Assembly (NCBI GenBank): GCA_023145615.1
Contig: JAGLDK010000008.1
Span: forward strand, 9,837 to 73,836
DNA length: 64,000 nucleotides
Origin: Ichthyobacteriaceae bacterium
Lineage (GTDB): Bacteria > Bacteroidota > Bacteroidia > Flavobacteriales > JADGDT01
Direction: 5' to 3'
Position numbers and translations under genes: made by a program. Below the pieces are notes generated by a model, which was given only the letters and a program-made list of their open reading frames with translations, did no database searches and was not told where the DNA came from. The first letter of the stretch is position 1, and the number at the start of each line of letters is the position of its first letter. Shown piece after piece: positions 42,007 to 51,266 of the stretch.

Positions 42007-43173
42007 TTAATTTCTATAAAACTCAATCACGGCATTTATTACTCTATCAATTTCTGCACTTTTTAAATCGTAATACATTGGCAATCTTAATAATCTACTT
42101 GTATAAAGTTCCGATTGTGGTAAATCAACCTTGCTATTACTTTTTAAGTAAAACGGACTTTCATGAAGACATAAATAATGAAATACACTGTGTATATTTT
42201 TCTGTTTTAAAAAATTAATCAACTCAGTTCTTTCATCAACCGACTTGGTAATTAAGTAAAACATATGTCCGTTGCTTGTGGCATAATCTGGAATAAATGG
42301 CAGTTTAATTTTGTTTTCAATTAACTTAAGTCCATTATAATATTTATTCCAATTCCAAATACGTTTGGCTTGTATTTTGTCAATGTTTTCGAGTTGTGCA
42401 TACAAAAAACCTGCCACTGTTTCCGAAGGTAAAAATGATGATCCTGTATCAACCCAAGTATATTTATCAATTTCTCCTCTAAAAAAAGAAGCTCTATTTG
42501 TTCCTTTTTCCCAAATAATTTCGGCACGTTCAATTAGTTCGTCATCATTTACAACAAGTAAACCTCCTTCTCCCGAAATAACATTTTTTGTTTCATGAAA
42601 AGAGAAAGTTCCTAAATGCCCAATGCCTCCAAGTGGTTGTCCTTTATAAAAGCTTTCAACTGCCTGAGCAGAATCTTCAACAACCTTAATATTATATTTT
42701 TTAGATAAAGCCATAACCTTATCCATATCAACTGCAACTCCTGCGTAATGAACCACAACAATAGCTTTAGTTTTACTAGTTATTAATTCTTCTATTTTAT
42801 TAACATCAATATTTGGTGTTTCCACCTCCGAATCGGCAAATACAATTTTAGCACCTTGTCTGAAAAAAGCTAATGCCGTTGACACAAAAGTGTAAGAAGG
42901 AATTATAACCTCATCTTCAGGTTTAATGTCTAACAACATTGCACACATTTCTAAAGCAGTGGTGCACGATGTGGTTAATAATGTTTTTTTGAAACCATAT
43001 CTTTCTTCGAAAAAATGCTGGCATTGTTTTGTATAAATTCCATTACCCGATAATTGTCCGGAACTAACTGCTTTTTGAATATAATTAGTTTCGTTTCCGG
43101 TTAAATACGGTTTATTAAATGGTATTTCTTTAAATGTTTCTTTATTCTTTAAAGTGTCCGATTTAGTATTCAT
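42007..43173 (-). CDS. wecE: dTDP-4-amino-4,6-dideoxygalactose transaminase (WecE/RffA)
   Basis: IPFNKPY, SCT.ALEM, SFHETKN..SGEGG, EKGTNR..FFRG..DKYTW and VFHY..LH. Start placed at ATG 43173 rather than the track's 43311. Confidence 0.92.
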   Translation of the reverse strand: MNTKSDTLKNKETFKEIPFNKPYLTGNETNYIQKAVSSGQLSGNGIYTKQCQHFFEERYGFKKTLLTTSCTTALEMCAMLLDIKPEDEVIIPSYTFVSTALAFFRQGAKIVFADSEVETPNIDVNKIEELITSKTKAIVVVHYAGVAVDMDKVMALSKKYNIKVVEDSAQAVESFYKGQPLGGIGHLGTFSFHETKNVISGEGGLLVVNDDELIERAEIIWEKGTNRASFFRGEIDKYTWVDTGSSFLPSETVAGFLYAQLENIDKIQAKRIWNWNKYYNGLKLIENKIKLPFIPDYATSNGHMFYLITKSVDERTELINFLKQKNIHSVFHYLCLHESPFYLKSNSKVDLPQSELYTSRLLRLPMYYDLKSAEIDRVINAVIEFYRN

Positions 43174-43366
43174 GATTACTCTATCGTAGGTAATATTTTT
43201 ATATTTTAAACTCGAATTATTATTTTTACAATTCGATAAAATTGATTTATTAACAACTACTTTCATAAACAAGTGTTTTATACTATATCGAAATATATTG
43301 AACCAATACACTCAATAAAGAAATGATAATTTAGTTTGGCTATAGATATTTAAGATATTTAAAACC

Positions 43367-44527
43367 TTAAATATCAACCCCTAATACATTGGATGGATTT
43401 ATTATTTGTTTTTTTAGTGGATGAGAATAGACTACTACTCCAACACGTTTTCCTGATTCATCTAACGATTCGTAATCGCCAACAGAAAGCAACATCATAG
43501 ACTTTACAATACAATTATTACTGTACAAGCTATCTTTATAAATCTTATCTTTTTCTGGTTTTGAATAAACAAAATAAACTCCCGAATATTCGTTTTTACT
43601 TGGTGGGTAATTAATCGGTGTAAATTTATTGAATGCAACATCAATAACACCTTTTACAAAATCGTATCCTGTAGAAAGCTGAACTAAATCAGACCCTATA
43701 AAATCTCCTCCCATACGGGCTCCTATTTCTACAATATATATTTTATTATCGGCTGTAATTAATATTTCAGAATGTCCTGCTCCATTAACTACGCCTAATG
43801 CACTAAGTGCTTTTTTTATTGTTGAAAAAATATTTTCTTTTAAAACATCAGTAATATTTGCAGGCTGATGATGCTCAATTTCAACAAAATACGGAGTACC
43901 AGTTGTAACCTTATCAGTTACTGCCAACATATAATGTTTTCCTTTAAACGATATTGTTTCTACCGAAAACTCTCGGCCTTTTATAAATTCCTCAACTATA
44001 ACAGTTTCAGAAAATTGAAGAGATTTTTCAATAGCCTTATTTATATCCGAATTTTTATTAACATAAGTAACTCCTCTCGATCCCGAACTATCAGTAGGTT
44101 TAACAACAATAGGCAACTTTAACTTATTATTATAAATATTAAAATCAGGAGTATTACAGGCTGTAAAAAGTGGACACAATAACCCCGATTTGCTTAAAGC
44201 CTTACGCATTTGATATTTATTTGTTGTTAGCAACGATAATTCTACAGGATTACCAACAAGCCCCAATTTATCTGCAACATAATTTACAGTAGGCATTGCC
44301 ATATCAGATGCAATTGAAGTAATTGCATTAATACCAACTTTGGTACAAATTTTTAATATTTCGTTTTTATCAAGTATCGATATAGAATAATAAAAATCAG
44401 CAATATCTTCTACTACGTTTCCTTCTTTCCAAGCAAACACATGAGTTTCGTAACCCAACTCTTTAGCTTTATCAACCAAAGGTTTTTGTAAATAACTTGC
44501 TCCTAAAATTGCTAATTTTTGTTTCAT
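43367..44527 (-). CDS. ATP-grasp domain protein (probable amide ligase)
   Basis: ILGAS.LQ, NKY.MR, PIVVKP.DSSGSRGV, EEFI.G.EFSVE, HSE and VEIGARMGGD motifs. Confidence 0.88.
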   Translation of the reverse strand: MKQKLAILGASYLQKPLVDKAKELGYETHVFAWKEGNVVEDIADFYYSISILDKNEILKICTKVGINAITSIASDMAMPTVNYVADKLGLVGNPVELSLLTTNKYQMRKALSKSGLLCPLFTACNTPDFNIYNNKLKLPIVVKPTDSSGSRGVTYVNKNSDINKAIEKSLQFSETVIVEEFIKGREFSVETISFKGKHYMLAVTDKVTTGTPYFVEIEHHQPANITDVLKENIFSTIKKALSALGVVNGAGHSEILITADNKIYIVEIGARMGGDFIGSDLVQLSTGYDFVKGVIDVAFNKFTPINYPPSKNEYSGVYFVYSKPEKDKIYKDSLYSNNCIVKSMMLLSVGDYESLDESGKRVGVVVYSHPLKKQIINPSNVLGVDI

Positions 44528-44726
44528 AAAAATCTATATAATAAGTAATAAAACATATTTATTTAGAATTGATTATGTTTGATAGTTCACTTTTAATTTT
44601 GTCATAATATTTAAATTCATAAAAATGATACATTAACAAAATGATAGATCACGCAAAGTTTTAATATAACTATCAATAAATAATACTGAATAAAGCTTTG
44701 CGTGATATATAACTTGAATCTAAGTT

Positions 44727-46073
44727 TTATAATCTTCCGTCAACTAATTTTCTATCAACAAACGATTTTGTATCGAAAATAACAGTATCACTATCTTTCC
44801 ATTTCTTAAAATTAAGTGTTTTAAATTCGTTATGGGCAACTGCTACAATAACCGAAGAATAAACCTCTCCGTTAAGATGATCTAATACATCAATACCGTA
44901 TTCGTGCTTTACTTCCATAGCATTAACCCACGGATCGAAAATATCAACATCCATACCAAATTGTTTTAATTCTTGATAAATATCAACAACTCTAGTATTT
45001 CTTATATCCGGACAATTCTCTTTAAAAGTAACACCTAAAATCAACGATTTTGCACCTTTAATTTGAACTCCTTTATCTATTAATAATTTTACAACCTTAT
45101 TAGCAACGTGCATTCCCATTGAATCATTTACTCGTCGCCCTGATAAAATTACATTTGGATGATATCCTAACGATTTTGCTTTGTGAGCTAAGTAATACGG
45201 ATCAACTCCTATACAATGTCCGCCAACTAAACCTGGCTTAAACGGCAAGAAATTCCACTTTGTACCTGCTGCTGCTAACACATCGTTTGTATCAATATTC
45301 ATTCTTTCAAAAATCAATGATAATTCATTTACAAATGAAATATTAACATCACGCTGAGCATTTTCAATTGCTTTTGATGCCTCAGCAACCTTCATGCTAG
45401 GTGCCTTATGTGTACCTGCTAAAATTATTTTATTATATAAATCATCAACTAAATCTGCAATTTCAGGAGTAGATCCAGAAGTAACCTTTTTAATAGTTGT
45501 AAGCGTATTAACTTTATCTCCCGGATTTATTCGTTCTGGAGAATATCCACAATAAAAGTTATTATTAAACTTCAATCCTGATTTTTTCTCTAAAACCGGC
45601 ACACAATCCTCTTCGGTACATCCAGGATATACAGTAGATTCATAAATAACAATATCTCCTTCAGATAATACACTTCCTACCGTAGCCGATGCGCTTAACA
45701 GTGGTTTTAAATCGGGCGCATTAAAATCATCAATCGGTGTTGGAACAGTTATTATGTACACATTGGCATCCTTAATGTCTTTTAATTTGCTAGACAATAA
45801 CAATCCATCATCCTCAAAGCCATCAATCTGAGCTTCTTCTTTAATTTCATTATCTTTTCCAACAGTTTGAAAAACAAGAGATTCTTTTAATACTGCGTGC
45901 AAATATTCATCTGCAACTTCTAAAGTATCATCATGTCCTTCATTAAGCCTTTTTACTCTTAATTCATTAATATCGAATCCAACTACTGGATACATCTTTG
46001 CAAATTCAACAGCCAAAGGCAATCCAACATATCCTAATCCGATTACTGCAATTTTAAGCTCGTTAACATTCAT
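44727..46073 (-). CDS. UDP-N-acetylhexosamine 6-dehydrogenase (TviB/WbpO-like)
   Basis: GLGYVGLP, VPTP, YESTVYPG, YSPERINPGD, GGHCIGVDPYYL and FKENCPDIRN. First gene of the locus. Confidence 0.92.
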   Translation of the reverse strand: MNVNELKIAVIGLGYVGLPLAVEFAKMYPVVGFDINELRVKRLNEGHDDTLEVADEYLHAVLKESLVFQTVGKDNEIKEEAQIDGFEDDGLLLSSKLKDIKDANVYIITVPTPIDDFNAPDLKPLLSASATVGSVLSEGDIVIYESTVYPGCTEEDCVPVLEKKSGLKFNNNFYCGYSPERINPGDKVNTLTTIKKVTSGSTPEIADLVDDLYNKIILAGTHKAPSMKVAEASKAIENAQRDVNISFVNELSLIFERMNIDTNDVLAAAGTKWNFLPFKPGLVGGHCIGVDPYYLAHKAKSLGYHPNVILSGRRVNDSMGMHVANKVVKLLIDKGVQIKGAKSLILGVTFKENCPDIRNTRVVDIYQELKQFGMDVDIFDPWVNAMEVKHEYGIDVLDHLNGEVYSSVIVAVAHNEFKTLNFKKWKDSDTVIFDTKSFVDRKLVDGRL

Positions 46074-46245
46074 AATTGTAAATAATTAATTTGGTGGTCT
46101 ATTAATTTCTATCATACTAACTATAACTTTATAATTAGGGTATCAATGAAAGTAATTGATGTATTAATTTTATATTTAATACAGAACATAAATCATCTCA
46201 AATCATATAATAATAGTTCTCTAACAAATACCGTGATTTGATAAA

Positions 46246-46293
46246 TAGTTATTATCGTTATAACCTATATAGCGTTTGTAACGATAATAACTA
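46246..46293. promoter_or_regulatory. 15-bp perfect stem-loop in the leader of the polysaccharide locus
   Basis: TAGTTATTATCGTTA (46246-46260) / TAACGATAATAACTA (46279-46293), about 170 nt upstream of the first gene. Confidence 0.5.
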
Positions 46294-46950
46294 ATTTTAA
46301 TATTTTCACTTTATTTTGTCATATAACCATAACGATTAAGATAATACAAATTGTTTTTTACGGTAAAATGGTGGGTACCATCATATAGGTTGTTTTCATA
46401 GCTTCGCTACTTAAAGTCACATAAACTTTAAGTAAAATAGGAAATACGCTCATAATTAAGACAAACAACAAAAGCATAAAAAATATCAGTTTGTTTTTGT
46501 AAAAAATGAAGAGCTGATTAATGAAAATCACTACTATATATTACTTTAAATTTAAGTTTTCTAAGTCAGTAAACATCTACTAAACCTCTTGTTTTCGTTG
46601 AATAAATAGGTAAAGCCGATTTACGTAACCATCAAAAACAACACACCCAAACTATGTGCTTTAAATCGATATAAAAGATTTTACATTCCAATGTATTTTT
46701 AATTATGAGCAGTAAAATTAACAACTAAAAAAACACCATTAAAAACTAATTACTGCATAAAACATTAAACAACAACCTTAAACTTAAACACCTTATAAAC
46801 AGCATACTTAAATATATAGTAAGTTTCATACTGAAACATTAAAAGGAATATTGCATTATATATTTCAATGTAAATGTTGCAATAATTGAAACATTACTTT
46901 ACTTTTAATAAAGAATTACTAATTAGTATATCAACATTAAATAATATATT

Positions 46951-47385
46951 ATGACAGGAGATATTACATTTTCTATGATTAAACCAGGAGCTGTAGGTAA
47001 TGGTTTTATAGGTCCTATTTTAGATAAAATTACGTCGGCAGGTTTTACAATTGTAGCACTAAGAATGACTCAAATGACGAGATCGGAAGCTGAGGCTTTT
47101 TATTACGTTCATAAAGAAAGACCATTTTTTACTGAATTAGTAGAATTCATGGTTGGTGGTCCTATAGTTGCAGTAGTGTTGAAAAAAGAAAATGCTGTTG
47201 AGGACTTCAGAACTTTAATAGGAGCAACTAATCCTGAAGAGGCTGCTGAAGGAACTATCAGAAAAATGTATGCCGAATCGTTAGGGCATAATGCAATTCA
47301 TGGATCGGATAGCGATGATAACGCTAAACGTGAAGTTTCATTCCATTTTTCTACTAGAAAGATTTTTTACAATTGCTCAAAATAA
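46951..47385 (+). CDS. ndk: Nucleoside-diphosphate kinase
   Basis: TFSMIKP, FY..H..RPFF, GATNP, GTIR and catalytic NAIHGSDS. Confidence 0.97.
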   Translation: MTGDITFSMIKPGAVGNGFIGPILDKITSAGFTIVALRMTQMTRSEAEAFYYVHKERPFFTELVEFMVGGPIVAVVLKKENAVEDFRTLIGATNPEEAAEGTIRKMYAESLGHNAIHGSDSDDNAKREVSFHFSTRKIFYNCSK

Positions 47386-47422
47386 ATTACTATTTACTGT
47401 TATTTACAGTAATATATAACAA

Positions 47423-47547
47423 CAACACTCTGTTAAATTTTTTATTTAACACTCTTAAAATCAGTAACATTAAATAGCTATAATTTTCATTATACTTGAT
47501 TTTACTGATATACAATGTGTTATAGCAAAAAATAACGGACTATTATA
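47423..47547. repeat. Degenerate dispersed intergenic repeat, copy B (homologous to 1333-1498)
   Basis: Collinear with copy A apart from an internal gap of about 30 nt. Confidence 0.65.
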
Positions 47548-47553
47548 ATAACT

Positions 47554-47580
47554 AAAAAGGGGGATTTACCCCCTTTTTTT
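47554..47580 (+). terminator. Intrinsic terminator-like hairpin 22 nt upstream of the thiolase start
   Basis: AAAAAGGGGG-attta-CCCCCTTTTTTT. Confidence 0.7.
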
Positions 47581-47602
47581 GGTAACTACAATTTCTTGTA
47601 AA

Positions 47603-48784
47603 ATGAAAAAAGACGTAGTAATTGTTTCAGCTTTAAGAACACCTATTGGAAGTTTTGGAGGAGTTTTTTCTAAAATATCAGCAACCAATTTAGGTGCTAT
47701 AGCAATTAAAGCAGTAATTGAAAACTCAAAAATAGATACGAATGAAATAGATGAAGTATTTATGGGAAATGTTATTCAGGCAAATAACGGACAAGCACCT
47801 GCTAGGCAAGCATCAATAAAGGCCGGAATTGCTAACACAGTACCATGCACCACTGTAAACAAGGTGTGCTCATCGGGTATGAAAGCAATGATTTTAGGGG
47901 CGCAAAGTATAATTACAGGAGATAACGACGTAGTAATTGCAGGTGGAATGGAAAACATGTCGTTAATACCTCATTACTTAGAAAAAGGTAGAACCGGACA
48001 AAAACTTGGTAATTTAAACTTAGTAGACGGATTGCTAAAAGACGGTCTTTTAGATGCGTATACGGGTAAACACATGGGAGAAAGTGCCGAACTTTGTGCC
48101 GACAAATACCAATTTACAAGAGAAACACAAGATGAATATGCAGTTGAATCATACAAAAAATCGGCAGATGCATGGAGTAAAGGTTTGTTTAAAAACGAAA
48201 TTGCTCCTGTTGAAGTACCTTTAACAAAAGGCAAAACAACAATTATAGATACAGATGAAGAATTTACTAATGTAAAATTCAACAAAATATCGTTATTAAA
48301 ACCCGTATTTAAAAAAGAGGGTACAGTAACTGCTGCAAATGCATCAACATTAAACGATGGAGCATCGGCATTACTATTAATGAGTTCCGAAAAAGCAAAA
48401 GAACTTAAATTAAAACCATTAGCTAAAATTGTTTCTTATGCCGACGCTGCTAATGAGCCTGAGTGGTTTACTACAGCACCTGCAAAAGCTATGAAAAAAG
48501 CTATTGACAAAACCAATTTATCAATTAAAGACATTGACTATATTGAAATAAACGAGGCATTTTCTGTAGTAAGTTTAGCCAATATAAATATACTAAACCT
48601 TAATAAAGATATTGTAAATGTAAATGGTGGAGCTGTATCTCTTGGTCATCCGCTAGGTAGTTCTGGATCTAGAATTATTACAACTTTAATAAATATATTA
48701 ATTCAAAAAGGCGCTAAATATGGATTAGCGGGTATATGTAATGGAGGAGGTGGCGCCTCGGCTATGATTATTGAACGTATTTAA
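47603..48784 (+). CDS. Acetyl-CoA C-acyltransferase (thiolase)
   Basis: RTPIGSF, NKVCSSG, NEAF, GHPLGSSG and CNGGGG motifs; ATG at 47603. Confidence 0.96.
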   Translation: MKKDVVIVSALRTPIGSFGGVFSKISATNLGAIAIKAVIENSKIDTNEIDEVFMGNVIQANNGQAPARQASIKAGIANTVPCTTVNKVCSSGMKAMILGAQSIITGDNDVVIAGGMENMSLIPHYLEKGRTGQKLGNLNLVDGLLKDGLLDAYTGKHMGESAELCADKYQFTRETQDEYAVESYKKSADAWSKGLFKNEIAPVEVPLTKGKTTIIDTDEEFTNVKFNKISLLKPVFKKEGTVTAANASTLNDGASALLLMSSEKAKELKLKPLAKIVSYADAANEPEWFTTAPAKAMKKAIDKTNLSIKDIDYIEINEAFSVVSLANINILNLNKDIVNVNGGAVSLGHPLGSSGSRIITTLINILIQKGAKYGLAGICNGGGGASAMIIERI

Positions 48785-48938
48785 AACAATAAATAACAAC
48801 TATTGAAAATACAGTTTTAAATATAAATACTACGCAAAAACATGTTATAATAAAAAAACACTTTTAATCTAATAACAGCTTGAATTTTTTCATTATTTCA
48901 CTATATTAGAACTACTTAGAAACCTAATAAATTAAACA

Positions 48939-49103
48939 ATGAAAAAAATAAAAGAGAACATTAAAGAAACTACCCAGAAGCTAAAAAGACTAAAGGTTAG
49001 ATTAGATTATAAAACATTTATAACAATTAAAGATATTAGTTCTTTAAAAATTTGGAAAGATCGCTATCCTAATGCAAAAGTAGTAGGCGAAATTTATATT
49101 TAA
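48939..49103 (+). CDS. Small basic hypothetical protein (54 aa), below the ORF-track cutoff
   Basis: MKKIKENIKETTQKLKRLKVRLDYKTFITIKDISSLKIWKDRYPNAKVVGEIYI. A-rich initiation context (attaaacaATG); fills an otherwise empty 540-bp gap. Confidence 0.65.
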   Translation: MKKIKENIKETTQKLKRLKVRLDYKTFITIKDISSLKIWKDRYPNAKVVGEIYI

Positions 49104-49323
49104 AATAAATGACGCCACTTAAACTATTTTTTTGTATTTTTAATTAAGTTCACTACTTAATTACCATTTTTAGAGTAAAATTGTAATAGAGTGTGAATGT
49201 GTTGAAAGGAGATTGTAAGAAAACACATATATATTTATATACGATTTAGATTATACTTTTTTTAAATCTTAAATATACATATCTTGCAACCAACCAATAA
49301 ATAACAATTAAAGACTCTATACC

Positions 49324-50022
49324 ATGTTAAATTGCATCACAGTTGACGACTCAAATATCCAGCTAAAGGTTATATCTGAGTTAGTTAGACAACACCCGTC
49401 ATTAAAACTTGTTGGTTCATTCACTAATGCTATTGAAGCACGTGAAGGTTTAAAAAACTTAGAAGTTGACTTAATATTTTTAGATATTGAAATGCCTGTT
49501 GTATCAGGGTTCGATTTTTTAGAAACTTTTAAAGATATTCCACAAGTTATAATTGTAACTTCTAAGAAAGAATATGCCTTTGAAGCTTTCAAATATGACG
49601 TTACTGGATTTTTAAATAAGCCAATAGATAAAGATTCTTTTCAGAAAGCTATCGACCGTTCATTATTGTTCCACGAAAACGTATTCAATAAAGAAGAAGA
49701 TACTACCGAAGACGAAACTATTTTTGTAAAAAGTAACCTTGTAAACAAAAAGGTTTTCTTAAAAGATATTAAATGGATTGAAGCAGTTGGTGATTACGTA
49801 AAAGTAGTTACTAATTCTGAAAACCATATTGTACTTTCAACAATGAAAGCTTTTGTAGCTAAATTGCCGGAAGAAAGATTTATGAGAATTCATAAATCAT
49901 ATATTGTTAATCTTGAAAGAGTAAAAAGATTTAACAGTAAAACTGTAGATATTGAAGATCATAAACTGCCTTTAAGTAGAACAAAGAAAATAAAATTGTT
50001 TGATATGTTAAACGCAAATTAA
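49324..50022 (+). CDS. LytTR family response regulator
   Basis: Receiver domain (VDD, FLDIEMP, KP) plus LytTR domain (IEA.GDYV, FMRIHKSYIVN); no cognate kinase nearby. Confidence 0.95.
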   Translation: MLNCITVDDSNIQLKVISELVRQHPSLKLVGSFTNAIEAREGLKNLEVDLIFLDIEMPVVSGFDFLETFKDIPQVIIVTSKKEYAFEAFKYDVTGFLNKPIDKDSFQKAIDRSLLFHENVFNKEEDTTEDETIFVKSNLVNKKVFLKDIKWIEAVGDYVKVVTNSENHIVLSTMKAFVAKLPEERFMRIHKSYIVNLERVKRFNSKTVDIEDHKLPLSRTKKIKLFDMLNAN

Positions 50023-50043
50023 CTAAAAGGTTAAGTCTTTTAA

Positions 50044-50095
50044 TTATATAAAAAAAGAGGAGTGCTATATATAGCACTCCTCTTTTTTTATATAA
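50044..50095. terminator. Bidirectional terminator (perfect 52-bp palindrome)
   Basis: TTATATAAAAAAAGAGGAGTGCTATA/TATAGCACTCCTCTTTTTTTATATAA between convergent genes. Confidence 0.9.
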
Positions 50096-50190
50096 ATATT
50101 TCTGGATAATATAGCTATCTATTATAACGCAAAATAATACGTGTATATTTAAAACCAAATAACTATATAATTGTTTTTTTTAATCATCAA

Positions 50191-51084
50191 TTATACCAAA
50201 ACTACATTACGTTTTTTAGCAATTATGTTAGGCAAAATCATTCCTGATAAAATAACTAACACTCCAAGCCATTGTAATGCTGTAACATCCTCATGCAACA
50301 AAAAACTTGAAGCTACAACAGCTACAGGTAATTCGGCTGCACTAATAATAGAACTTAATCCTACTCCAATACGAGGAATTCCAATTGAAAATAACAAAGG
50401 AGGTAATACAGCTCCGAATATGGCTAATAACACTCCATAAGGAATAAGTCCCTCGTACAATGCACCATTCACCAAAAACATTGGTGGATGTAGTAAAGAA
50501 GTTAAAATCATAGCTCCAGTAACCATTAAAGCACTCTTTTTAAGTGGTCGAATATTTTCATCTCCACTCTTTCCGCTGAAAAAGATAAAAAGAGCATACG
50601 AAAAGGCAGAAACTATACCAAAAACAAAACCTTTTAAACTAAAGTTATTTAATCCATGTTCTAATATTCCGGCTGCTAAAACAGTACCAAACATCAATAC
50701 TAAAGATGAAATAATTTTAAACTTATTAGGAAGTTGTTTGGTTGAAATTGCTTCGAATAAAACACCAATCCAAGTAAACTGAAAAAGTAATAATATAGCT
50801 AACGATGCTGGCATAAGTTGCACTGCCTGATAATAAGAAAAACTTGTAATTCCTATTGGAATACCCATCAACATAGTTGCAACTATACTTTTTGCTGATA
50901 ATTTATTTCCTTTATCTTTTTTAGAAGTTAAAAGAACCATTGCCCACAAAATTATTGTACCAAAAATCATTTGACTACCAGTTGCATCAAACGCACTAAA
51001 TCCAGCTTCGTAACTAAACTTAGCTATTGTTGATAATATTCCGTAGCTAGCTGCTCCCAAAAAAACTAAAAAACTATACTTCAT
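50191..51084 (-). CDS. EamA/DMT family transporter
   Basis: About 10 TM segments in two EamA repeats (ASLAILLLFQFTW; ELPVAV). -7 box TATATTTG at 51112-51119. Confidence 0.92.
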   Translation of the reverse strand: MKYSFLVFLGAASYGILSTIAKFSYEAGFSAFDATGSQMIFGTIILWAMVLLTSKKDKGNKLSAKSIVATMLMGIPIGITSFSYYQAVQLMPASLAILLLFQFTWIGVLFEAISTKQLPNKFKIISSLVLMFGTVLAAGILEHGLNNFSLKGFVFGIVSAFSYALFIFFSGKSGDENIRPLKKSALMVTGAMILTSLLHPPMFLVNGALYEGLIPYGVLLAIFGAVLPPLLFSIGIPRIGVGLSSIISAAELPVAVVASSFLLHEDVTALQWLGVLVILSGMILPNIIAKKRNVVLV

Positions 51085-51266
51085 ATATCTGTTGTTTCAA
51101 TTTGTTAAATACAAATATAAACCTACCACACTGAACTACTGCATATTAAGTGCTGACAACTGATGAAATCATGACAAATAAACAATTAACACTGATAAGT
51201 ATGTGTATTTTAATATATTTCAATAAAAATACTTGTAAATTCGCATAAATTTTTTAAACCATAATT

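Noticed and set aside
43174..43311. 46-aa N-terminal extension of WecE given by the ORF track
   Set aside because: AT-rich, low-complexity translation from a non-ATG start; family similarity begins near IPFNKPY.
46358..46531. About 57-codon hydrophobic minus-strand ORF in the locus leader
   Set aside because: F/L/I-rich composition is expected from T-rich DNA; weak start and no motif. Coordinates approximate.
46074..46950. Invertible promoter or UpxY-type control of the polysaccharide locus
   Set aside because: I found no long inverted repeats flanking a promoter and no recombinase or UpxY gene in the window.
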